Assembly (NCBI GenBank): GCA_947453375.1
Contig: CANGGT010000002.1
Location: 1-60,576, forward strand
Reading direction: 5' to 3'
DNA from: Planctomycetaceae bacterium
Lineage (GTDB): Bacteria; Planctomycetota; Planctomycetia; Pirellulales; UBA1268
Length of the DNA: 60,576 nucleotides
Position 1 is the stretch's first letter. Every line of letters starts with the position of its first letter. Position numbers and translations under genes: made by a program. Shown here in pieces: positions 18,901-27,500 of this stretch. The notes beneath the pieces were generated by a model. It saw only the letters and a program-made list of their open reading frames with translations. It did not search any database and was not told the origin of the DNA.

Positions 18901-21900
18901 AGTTTGTCGTCGCCGGGGCGGACGGCACCCCCGACGTAAAGGCCCGCCACACGATCGAAGTGGTCGCCCCCGAATCGACGACTTCCGTGATCAAGCGGCC
19001 CCTCATGCTCGCCGCGGCGACGACGACCGCCCAACCGGGGAGCCGGTTCGAGGCGATCGTCGCCACCGGCTACGACGAGGGTCGCGTGCTCGTCGAAGTG
19101 CTGCGGGACGGCAAGCTCGTTTCGCGTCACTGGACCGAGCCAGGGCGGACGCAATGGCCGGTGCAGGTCGAGGTCGGTGACGACCACCGCGGCGGCTTCA
19201 CGCTGCGGGCTTGGATGGTGCGCGACGGCCGGCTCCATCTGAAGGAGCAGGTCATCGACGTCCCCTGGACAAACAAGCGGCTCGAGATCGCCTGGGAGCG
19301 ATTCACGCGCCGCGTCGAGCCGGGGGCGAAGGAGGTGTGGCGGGCGCGTGTGAAGACGGCCGACGACGCCCTCGACGGGGCAGGGAAGGGGGTGCCGGCC
19401 GAGATCGTGGCGACCCTCTACGACCAGTCGCTCGATGCCCTCGCCCCGCTCGCCTGGCCCCCCGGGCTCTCCGGGCTGTTCCGCCGCGAGAGCTCCCCGG
19501 TGAACACGCTCTTCAGCAACCGGCCCGAGGTCCTCCAGCAGATCGCGGGGAGCTGGAATGTCGAGCAGGGGCCGGTGGATGTGAGCTTCCGCCGGTTCCG
19601 CGATCCGTTCGGCCCCCAATCGATGCAGTTCTTCGGCTTCAACCGCCGGGGGATGATGCCGATGATGCGCGGCGCGATGCCGGCAGCGCCGATGATGGCC
19701 GAAGCGATGATGGCTGCCGCCCCGGCCCGGATGCTGGCCAAGGGGGCACCTGTCGCCCTCGGATTGGAGATGGATTTCGCCGCCGTAGGAGAAGGAGGAA
19801 GCCCGCCGCCAGCGGCCACCACGGCTGCCGCGCCCCCGCCGCCGCGGAAAAACCTCGTCGAGACGGCGTTCTTCCTGCCGGCTCTGACCAGCAACGACGA
19901 CGGCAGCGTGACGATCGAGTTCACCCTCCCCGACACGCTCACCACCTGGCAATTCAAGTCGCTCGCCCATGACGCGAGCCTCCGCTCCGGCACCCTCCTC
20001 GACACGGCCGTGGCCGCCAAGGACCTCATGGTGGAGCCGGTCGTGCCGCGGTTCCTCCGCGAAGGGGACGTCGTCGAGATCCCGGTGAAGGTCGGCAACC
20101 GCTCGACCGGGGCGCTTGCGGGGAAAGTCCGCCTCGAGCTCTTCGACGCCCGCACCGGAGACTCCCGCCAGGCCCTTCTGGAGACACCGGCCGAGCAGCC
20201 CTTCGAGCTTGCCGCCGGCCAGTCGAAGCCGGTGGTCTTCCGGGTGCGTGTGGCCGACGGCACGGAGACGTTGCGCTATCTCGCCACCGGCTCGGCGGGA
20301 CGGGCCGCCGATGGCGAGGAGGCCTTCCTCCCGGTCCTCTCCCGGCGCGTCCTCGTCGACGAGTCGGTGCCGATCACGCTCCGCGGCCCCGGCTCAAAAA
20401 CGGCCACTATTCATCGGCTCGCGAACGTCAAGGATCATCCCTCGATCGCCAGCCAGTCGCTCGTCGTCCAGGCGGCGTCCAATCCCGCCTGGTATGCCGT
20501 TCTCGCCCTGCCGTCGATCGCCGAGCCGACCGACGAGAGCGTCGAAACGCTCTTCACGCGGCTCTATGCCAATGCCTGGGCCGGCCACATCGCCCGCTCC
20601 GACGCGCGGATCGCGGCAGCGTTCGAACAGTGGCGTAATCCCCCTCCAGGCCAGAAGCCGCTCGAAAGCCCCCTGGAAAAGAACTCCGATCTCATGCAGA
20701 CGCTCCTCGCCGAAACACCGTGGGTGCGTGAAGCGGTCGACGAGCGCGAGGCCCGGCACCGCATCGGCCTCCTCTTCGACGCCAATCGAGCGGCTGACGA
20801 GCAGGCCTCGGCGCTGCGGCGCCTCGAAGGAATGCGGGCCGGCGACGGCGGCTGGCCCTGGTTCCCCGGCGGCCGCACCTGCACGCCGGTGACGCTCTCG
20901 ATCCTCGCGGGCTTCGGCCGGCTCCGCGCCGCCGGGGTCGATCTCGACATCCAACCGGCGCTCGCCACGCTCCCCTGGCTCGACGGTCAGTTTGTCGAGT
21001 GGCGGAATGAAGCGAAAAAACGAGGAAAGGGGGAGCCGACGATCGATTCTGGTGTCGCTCTCGCTCTCTACGCCCGCAGCTTCTTCGCTGCCGACATGCC
21101 GCCGCAAGGCGAGGCCGCCGCGGCGATCGACTTCTGGCGCAACAACGCGCGGCAAACCTGGATGAAGGTCGACGCCCGCCGCTCGCAGGGGCATCTGGCG
21201 ATCGCGCTGGCTCGTTCCGGCGACCGGGAAACGGCGCTGTCGATCATCGACAGCCTCCGGCAGCGCGCCGTCGATGCCGACGTGAAGCCGGGCGAGGAGA
21301 AGGATGCCTGGCAGGGAATGTGGTGGCGCGATCCCCATCCGGCTTGGTGGCAGTGGGCCGCGGCGCCGATCGAGACCCAGGCGATCATGATCGAGGCCTT
21401 CGACGAGGTGGCTGGCGATCGCGAGGCCGTCGAGGCGCTCCAAGTCTGGCTCCTGTCGCAGAAGCGCACGAGCCAGTGGCGCGGCAACCGGGCCACGGCC
21501 GATGCCGTCGGCGCGCTCCTCGGCCGCGGCGCGGACCTCCTCGCCTCGACGGAGCTCGTGACCGTCGACGTCGGCGGCGAGAAGCTCGCTCCGGGGAACG
21601 ACGGCGCGCCCCGGGCCGAGGCGGGCACAGGATTTATCGAGACCAGGTTCACGCGCCGCGAGATCGAGCCCCGGATGGGGAAGGTCACGCTCTCGCGGAA
21701 GGAGAAGGGGCTCGCCTTCGGTGGCGTCCACTGGCAGTATCTCGACGACATCGCCAATGTCCCGGCGGTGGGGCGGGCGGAACTCGCGATCGACAAGCAG
21801 TTGCTGGTGAAGCGGCAGACGAAGGCCGGTCCGGAGCTCGTGGCCGCGGCCGCCGATGGCACGACGCGCGTGGAGGTGGGGGACGAGCTCGTGGTGCGGC

Positions 21901-22205
21901 TCGTCGTGACGAGCGACCGCGAGTACGAGTTTCTCGAGCTGTCCGACCATCGCCCGAGCCTCACCGAGCCGGTCGACGTCCTCTCGGGGTGGCGGTGGGC
22001 CGACGGGGCCGGCTGGTATCTCGCCGTCCGCGATGCTTCGACGCAGCTGTTCTTCGAGCGGCTCCCACGCGGGACGCACGTCTTCGAGTATTCGCTCCGG
22101 GCGGCGCACCGGGGCACGGCCTCGAGTGGCTTCGCCGCGATCCGCAGCCGCTACGCGCCGGAGTTCTCCGCCCACTCTGGCGCCGTCGGCTTGGAGGTGG
22201 AATGA
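15945..22205 (+). CDS. alpha-2-macroglobulin family protein (giant, thioester-less type)
   Basis: The track ORF starts at TTG 15864. I prefer GTG 15945, which gives the signal peptide PRLPRVAPVLAGLLVLLGGALV. MG-domain repeats are present, and the post-bait motif is ETAFFLPALTSNDDGSVTIEFTLPDTLTTWQFKS. The TED-like region and the C-terminal receptor-binding-like domain are recognisable. There is no CxEQ anywhere. Confidence 0.85.
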   Translation: MPRLPRVAPVLAGLLVLLGGALVMNPPGRSAEPPAPNRAREGQWVTVQRALDEGKPKSALEALAGIEQGAIAAKAWDEAARAIATRVHADTGDRPPEDPERLVRLEAALQRAPDEVKPVLEAILANWTWGFFQNNQWRFAQRTGGATGGVNEAGKAVEGLAGIASWDLPRIVAEVRRRFTAALDPAERLRALPVGEWNQILEKGGMPDAWRPTVWDVVAHDALGFAASGVRGLADPEDLFEFEIDSPALGTRAEFLAWRPEEATTDTDSPLLGELRLFRRLLEAHAGDADRTPLLAADLDRIDRASASAISPGGDEDRNARTTKALEALLADCGENEVAAMVRHRLAGVVRQSNDDDAVVKARAIAAAGAASHPESAGGKLCKNLVAEIDGKTLELFTERTWTAPWPVIRARSKNLAKLHVRIVKADWLARLRDGKPQWQWLDDGDRAKLVAAKPLKAFAVDLPATDNLRDHTHDIKAPEDLSPGAYWVLASADADFGSNDNVVATALVWVSRLAVVQRTNVYPGAGGPLAGHVVDSASGLPLAGVTVQAFVRAQAGNPAPFEPAGKATTDANGFYELAIEPQRETLLQFSATLDGALHEIASDPLSIWHQEQPQQLASFVLMADRGIHRPGQIVRYKGILAHADRAKRDYRALADREVSVTFRDSNGRELSRQPQKTNRHGSFHGEFAIPTGALPGQWTIIAEGEGATGLLGLRVEEYKRPKFKVELAAPRNPVVLDKAVSLVGTATTYTGLPVAGAKVRYRVERQMRFPPWCRWFFPWIPFDAGPARILRGSVTTDADGHFAVEFPAKPDRGVPAESLPVFTYRVIADVTDPAGETRSADRAVRAGYAPLQADVKADAWQTTGPDGAPAEVTLTVTTESLDDEPRAATGTLTIHRLIQPERPLRGDLLEPFASVLPRPAARPLPGGKRGAKPGRLPARPPSLDPNDPEGWESGEEVFNAEDTTDGVTGKAVAKVKLPPGIYRAEFVVAGADGTPDVKARHTIEVVAPESTTSVIKRPLMLAAATTTAQPGSRFEAIVATGYDEGRVLVEVLRDGKLVSRHWTEPGRTQWPVQVEVGDDHRGGFTLRAWMVRDGRLHLKEQVIDVPWTNKRLEIAWERFTRRVEPGAKEVWRARVKTADDALDGAGKGVPAEIVATLYDQSLDALAPLAWPPGLSGLFRRESSPVNTLFSNRPEVLQQIAGSWNVEQGPVDVSFRRFRDPFGPQSMQFFGFNRRGMMPMMRGAMPAAPMMAEAMMAAAPARMLAKGAPVALGLEMDFAAVGEGGSPPPAATTAAAPPPPRKNLVETAFFLPALTSNDDGSVTIEFTLPDTLTTWQFKSLAHDASLRSGTLLDTAVAAKDLMVEPVVPRFLREGDVVEIPVKVGNRSTGALAGKVRLELFDARTGDSRQALLETPAEQPFELAAGQSKPVVFRVRVADGTETLRYLATGSAGRAADGEEAFLPVLSRRVLVDESVPITLRGPGSKTATIHRLANVKDHPSIASQSLVVQAASNPAWYAVLALPSIAEPTDESVETLFTRLYANAWAGHIARSDARIAAAFEQWRNPPPGQKPLESPLEKNSDLMQTLLAETPWVREAVDEREARHRIGLLFDANRAADEQASALRRLEGMRAGDGGWPWFPGGRTCTPVTLSILAGFGRLRAAGVDLDIQPALATLPWLDGQFVEWRNEAKKRGKGEPTIDSGVALALYARSFFAADMPPQGEAAAAIDFWRNNARQTWMKVDARRSQGHLAIALARSGDRETALSIIDSLRQRAVDADVKPGEEKDAWQGMWWRDPHPAWWQWAAAPIETQAIMIEAFDEVAGDREAVEALQVWLLSQKRTSQWRGNRATADAVGALLGRGADLLASTELVTVDVGGEKLAPGNDGAPRAEAGTGFIETRFTRREIEPRMGKVTLSRKEKGLAFGGVHWQYLDDIANVPAVGRAELAIDKQLLVKRQTKAGPELVAAAADGTTRVEVGDELVVRLVVTSDREYEFLELSDHRPSLTEPVDVLSGWRWADGAGWYLAVRDASTQLFFERLPRGTHVFEYSLRAAHRGTASSGFAAIRSRYAPEFSAHSGAVGLEVE

Positions 22206-22230
22206 GCAGCGGCGTGCTATTCTCTCCCGC

Positions 22231-22650
22231 ATGAAACATCGACAGGAACCGACCGATCGCCGCCGCCGTGACGAGGATGGTGCGGAGGTAAGCACCGAGC
22301 TCGCCCGGGAGCGCAACCGGGAGGCGGCCGATCGCACGTTGCTCGCCTGGATCCGCACGAGCCTGGCGATGGTCAGCCTCGGCTTCGGTATCGAGCGCTT
22401 CGGCCAGGCGGCGGTGAGCCTCGACGGCGGGGGATTCTCGCCGCTGAAGACCAGGTTCTACGGGGCGACGCTCATGGCCCTGGGGATCGTGGCGACGCTT
22501 GCGGGGATGTGGGAGCACCGGCTCGTCCTCCGTGCGGTCTCCAAAGACGACTACCGTTATTCCGACCGCCCCCCGATCGCGCGCTGGCTCGGCGCCGGGC
22601 TCATCGTCGTGGGGATCGCCGGGCTGGCGGCGATGCTCGTCGTCTTCTGA
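22231..22650 (+). CDS. DUF202 (YidH-like) membrane protein
   Basis: Track ORF 22033..22650 trimmed to ATG 22231. Motif ADRTLLAWIRTSLAMVSLGF plus two further TM helices. Confidence 0.7.
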   Translation: MKHRQEPTDRRRRDEDGAEVSTELARERNREAADRTLLAWIRTSLAMVSLGFGIERFGQAAVSLDGGGFSPLKTRFYGATLMALGIVATLAGMWEHRLVLRAVSKDDYRYSDRPPIARWLGAGLIVVGIAGLAAMLVVF

Positions 22651-22666
22651 CGCCAAGGAGCCTCCC

Positions 22667-24355
22667 GTGGTCTGGGATCATGTCTACGATCCGCTCGGTT
22701 CCCCGCTCCTTTCCACGCTCGTGGCGATGCTGCCGCTGGTCGTGCTGCTGGGATTGCTCGCCGGCTGCGGCTGGTCGGCCCAGCGATCGGCGCTCGCCGG
22801 TCTGCTCACGGCCCTCGCCGTGGCCGTCGGCGTCGTCGGTATGCCGCTCGATGCCGCGGCGGCAGCCACGCTCTACGGCGCCTGCTTCGGGCTCTTCCCG
22901 ATCGGCTGGATCATCGTCGCGGCGATGTTCCTCTACAGCCTGTCGGTGGAGGCAGGTGCCCTCGATGTCATGAAGCGGTCGGTAACCCGGCTTTCGGCCG
23001 ATCACCGCATCCAGGCGCTTCTCATTGCCTTCTCGTTCGGAGCGTTCCTCGAGGGAGCCGCCGGCTTCGGAGCGCCGGTGGCGATCTCGGCGGCGCTCCT
23101 CACTGGCGCCGGTTTCCCAGCCTTCGAAGCGGCGTGCCTCGCGCTCATCGCCAACACGGCGCCGGTCGCGTTCGGCGCCCTGGGAACCCCGATCATCACC
23201 CTCGCCAAGGTCACCGGCCTCGAGGAACAGGCGATCTCGGCGATGGCGGGGCGGCAGCTCCCCTTCTTCTCGCTCATCGTCCCGGCCTGGATGGTGGTGA
23301 CGATGTCAGGGTGGAGAGGGCTCGTCGGCGTCTGGCCGGCGGTGCTCGTCTGCGGAGCCTCGTTCGCGCTGGTGCAGGCGGGCGTGGCAAACCTCGTCGG
23401 CCCGGCGCTCGTCGACGTCGTCGGCGGGCTTGTGAGCCTCGCCTCCCTGGCGGCGTTCATGCGGGTCTGGCAGCCGAGGGATTGCTGGCGCTACGGCGCG
23501 GCGGAGATCCCATCCCCGGCAACCAGCCCCGAGGCGATCGATCCGCCGGTCCGGATCGTGTGGGCGTGGATGCCGTGGGTGTTTCTCTCACTCGCCGTCT
23601 TCGCCTGGGGATTGCCGGCGGTGAAATCCGCCCTCGAGGCCAAACCGGAGAGCGTCTTGGCGGGCATCGTGCCAGCCGCGGCGGTCGCGCCGGAGTTCCC
23701 CGTCCCCCGTCTCCACGAGGCGGTCGCGAAGGTCGCCCCTGCAACGCATCTCGACCGGGAACTCGAACGTGCCGTCTACCGGCTCAACTGGTTCTCCGCC
23801 GCCGGCACCGGGATCCTCTTGGCGGCCCTGGTCGCCATCCCCTGGCTGGGGATCGGCCCGGGGCGGGCCTGGAAAATCTGGAGGGAGAATCTCGCCCGAC
23901 TCGCCATCCCCCTGGTGACGATCGCCGCGATGCTGGCGCTCGCTTTCGTCACCCGCTACTCGGGGACCGACGTGATCCTCGGCCTGGCGATGACACGCAC
24001 GGGCCCCGCCTACCCGTTGTTCGCCGCGCTCCTCGGCTGGCTGGGAGTCGCCCTCACCGGCTCCGACACCTCGAGCAACGCCATGTTCGGCAGCCTCCAG
24101 CGCGTCACCGCCGAGCAGCTCGGCCTCGATCCGCTCCTCATCTGCACCGCCAACAGCACCGGTGGCGTGATGGGGAAGATGATCGACGCCCAGAGCATCG
24201 TCGTCGCTGCCACCGCCACCGGCATCGATCGCCAGGAGGGGGCGATCCTGCGGAGGGTCTTCCCCCACAGCCTCGCCCTCGCCGTGCTCGTCGGGGTCCT
24301 CGTCTGGCTGCAGACCGGCCCGCTTCAGTGGATGGTGCCGGGATCGGCTCGATAG
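22667..24355 (+). CDS. L-lactate permease (LctP/LldP family)
   Basis: Track ORF 22499..24355 trimmed to GTG 22667, which is preceded by AAGGAG (22655..22660). 562 aa. LctP-type strings: FGLFPIGWIIVAAMFLY, FLEGAAGFGAPVAISAALL and SNAMFGSLQ. Confidence 0.85.
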   Translation: MVWDHVYDPLGSPLLSTLVAMLPLVVLLGLLAGCGWSAQRSALAGLLTALAVAVGVVGMPLDAAAAATLYGACFGLFPIGWIIVAAMFLYSLSVEAGALDVMKRSVTRLSADHRIQALLIAFSFGAFLEGAAGFGAPVAISAALLTGAGFPAFEAACLALIANTAPVAFGALGTPIITLAKVTGLEEQAISAMAGRQLPFFSLIVPAWMVVTMSGWRGLVGVWPAVLVCGASFALVQAGVANLVGPALVDVVGGLVSLASLAAFMRVWQPRDCWRYGAAEIPSPATSPEAIDPPVRIVWAWMPWVFLSLAVFAWGLPAVKSALEAKPESVLAGIVPAAAVAPEFPVPRLHEAVAKVAPATHLDRELERAVYRLNWFSAAGTGILLAALVAIPWLGIGPGRAWKIWRENLARLAIPLVTIAAMLALAFVTRYSGTDVILGLAMTRTGPAYPLFAALLGWLGVALTGSDTSSNAMFGSLQRVTAEQLGLDPLLICTANSTGGVMGKMIDAQSIVVAATATGIDRQEGAILRRVFPHSLALAVLVGVLVWLQTGPLQWMVPGSAR

Positions 24356-24577
24356 CGGGGCTTTGGCAAACGTCAGCCGCGACTGATTCGGCTCCGCAAC
24401 CGCCGGTGGCATCGGCCCACCCGAGACTAACCGGAAAAGCGGTGAAATTCGGCGGTGTCGGCAGCCGCATCCAAGCGGCGGCCAGTTTATCCACAGCCTG
24501 CTTGACCCTGTAGAATTGGCCTCGAGGGTCCATTCACCCGCCACTTGCTCCACACCCGAGTCCCGTAAGGCCCCGCC

Positions 24578-27500
24578 ATGCGACGCGTCAACGTGCCGCT
24601 CCTCATCGCCCTCGTCCTCCTTCTCATCGGAGGCGTGGCGGGCACGTACCTCCTCCATCGCTTTCAGGTACGGCGCAACGCCGAGGACATGGCCCGGCAG
24701 GCCAAGCGACAGATCGACGAAGGGAACGACGAAGAGGCGATCCGGCTTCTGGGCCGGTATGTCGCTCTCCGGCCGGATGACGCCCTGCGGCAACGCGAGT
24801 ATGCCGAACTGCTCCTCCGTCAGGTCGATGCGGGCAAGGCGAACCCCCGCCTCGTCGGCGCGACGGTCGCGGCCCTCGAGGTCGCCGTTCGCAGGAATCC
24901 AGACGAGGACGCCCTCCGCGAGAAACTGGCAAGCCTCCTCGCCCGCATCGGCGATGCCGATTCGATCCTTTCCGCGAACAAACACCTCGCCATGATCCGT
25001 GACCGACGGACCAGCGGCGATGCCGATGACGACACCCGGAGGATCGACCGGATGTTTGCAGCCACGGCGGCCCAGTCAGGTCAGTTTGACGAGGCGGAGG
25101 CAGTCCTCGCCCCGCTGACCGGCTTCGATCGGCGGACGAAGCAGTTCGACGCCGCCTTTCAGCCGGCCCCCGGCCATCCCGAATCCTTCGCCGCCCTCGC
25201 CGAGATTCTCGAGAAGCACCGCCGTGATCCGAAGACGGCCGAGCGGATCATCGAGCGAATGGTGGAGACCGCCCCCGACGACGTCGCCACCTGGAAGATC
25301 CTGGCGACCTGGCGGATGGGACACCAGCAGGCAGACAAGGCGATCGAGGCAGTGGAGAAGGCCCGGAGCCTTGCCCCCGACGATCAGGACGTGGCCCTGC
25401 TCGAACTTCGCTTTGCCATCGTCGGGAATCGTCTCGACAGGGCCGAGGAAATCCTCGCCGGCCCGCTTGGCGACATCACGGACTCCGCGGAGGTGTTGGC
25501 GGCGAAGGCGTATCTCGCGCGAAGGAAGGGAAATCTCGACGGGATGATCGGGATCCTCCGCGATGCCGTAGCTGCATTCCCTTCCAACCCGGCGTTCAGG
25601 GCCGATCTCCTCCTCGGCCTCTCGGACGGAAAACGGATCGAGGACCTCCGCCCGCTCATCACCGAATCGCAGCCAATCCTCGGAAAGGATGCCGTGCCGG
25701 TCCTGTGGGCCGAGGCTGTCGTAGCCATGTCCGAGCAGCGCTGGTTCGAGGCGATGAAGCTCTGGGATCGGGTCAGGCCCCAGGTTGCCGCCGATGCCGC
25801 GTTGACCCGCCGCGTCGATCTGTTCATGGCCACCTGCCACGGTGGGCTCGGCCAGCGCGATCAGGCCAACGATGCCCGGAAGCGCGCCTTCGCCGATGCC
25901 CCCGAGTCGCTCGGCGCACGATTCTCCGAAATGGTCTCGCTCGATTTGGCACAGCGTTGGAAGGAGGCGCTGGTGATCGCGGAGGAATTGGCCGCCCAGC
26001 TGACCCCAGAGACGCTCGCCGCCAATCCGACGCTGCCCAAGACGCTCCTTCGCCTTCGGATCCGCGACCAGGTCAGCCGCACTGCAGACCGCCGCAACTG
26101 GACGAAGGTCGACTCGCTCGTCGACACGATCGCCGCCATGCCAGATGTCGATCCGATCGAGATCGGGAGGATGAAGATCGAAGTCCTCGCTGCAAAGGAC
26201 AAGCTCGACGAGGCCTGCGCCGCCTCCGACGCGCTCATCGCCTCCCATCCCGACACCCCATCGCTCTTCGCCCAGAGTCTCGTGCTCCTCGTCGCGGCCG
26301 GGAAGATCGGGGATGCGCGGTCCAAGCTGACCAACGCCGCGGAGTCGATCCGCGACACCCCCGAGGTCCTCGAGGCCGAGGCGAGGCTGGCCGCGACCGC
26401 CCCCCCCTCGGAGGCCGGCGAATGGCTCACCGATCTCGAGGCGCGGATGGAGCGTGTGACCGGCCCTGCCTCCGACCGATGTGCCCGCCAACTGATCGCG
26501 ATCCATGTCGGCCGGGGCAACGTCCGCGACGCCGAGCGCATCGCCGGCAAACTGCTCGCCCGTCGTCCGACCGACCTCGCCGTTCGCCAGGTCGTTCTCG
26601 AACTCGCTGCGGAACGCGACGCCGTCGACGAGGTCGCTCGCCAAACTGCGGAGATCGTCCGCGTCGCCGGGCCGACCAGCGCCACGGCGAAGCTCGTCAC
26701 CGCCGCGTCCAAGATCGTTTCCGTCCGCGCGAAGCGGCAGAGCCTTCAAGTCGCCGACACCCCCACCGCCGCTCTTTCCGCCGAGGATCTCGCCGCACTC
26801 GGTGAGGCGCGGGATCTGCTCACCCTGGCGGGGGCAGAACGGGAAGGATGGTCCGAGGTGCCGCGGATGCAGGCGGCGATCGCGGAACTCCAGGGCGACC
26901 CCAGCGGGTCCATCGGTTATCTCCGGCGAGCCGTCGAACTCGGTGAGAGCTTGCCATTCGCGCGGAGGAAACTCGCCATCCTGCTGACGGCCGCCGGTCG
27001 CCTGGACGAGGCAGCGCCTGTGATCGCTTCGCTCGGCGATGCCGGCGGTCCGGACATCGACCGGATCCGCGCGCAAATCCTCGCCGGCGCCGGCCGGACC
27101 GATGTCGCCCTGCAGATCGGCGCGTCCCTGACACCGAAGGATTGCCGCGATGTGCAGCAATTGATGTGGTACTCGCGGTTGCTCGCCTCCTGCGACCGCC
27201 CCGACGAGGCCGAGCAGATCTGCCTTCGGGCGACGGAAGCAGCGCCAGAAAATGCGGCCCCCTGGTCGTTGCTCCTGCGACTGCAGGCCGCGGCGGGCGC
27301 CGGCGATCGTGCGGCGGAAACGAGCCGTCGGGCGCTCGCGGTGCTCCAGGGGGATGCCCGCGACCGATTCGAGAGCGCCGCCGACGAGGCGCTCGGCAAC
27401 CCCGAGGAGACCGAGCGCGCCGCCCGTGAGGCAGTCGAGAAGGCGCCTGACGATCTCGTCGCCGCCCGGCGTCTCGTCGATCTCTTCATGCGCCGCAAAC

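Noticed and set aside
16710-19970. 1086-aa minus-strand ORF (also 20394..22358 and 21068..22117)
   Set aside because: It is antisense to the alpha-2-macroglobulin gene. The composition is low-complexity and Arg/Gly/Pro/Glu-rich, with no recognisable domain.
24502-24516. TTGACC and TAGAAT hexamers upstream of the TPR gene as a promoter
   Set aside because: The two boxes are only 3 nt apart, so they cannot act as a -35/-10 pair. Neither has a convincing partner at 16-18 nt.
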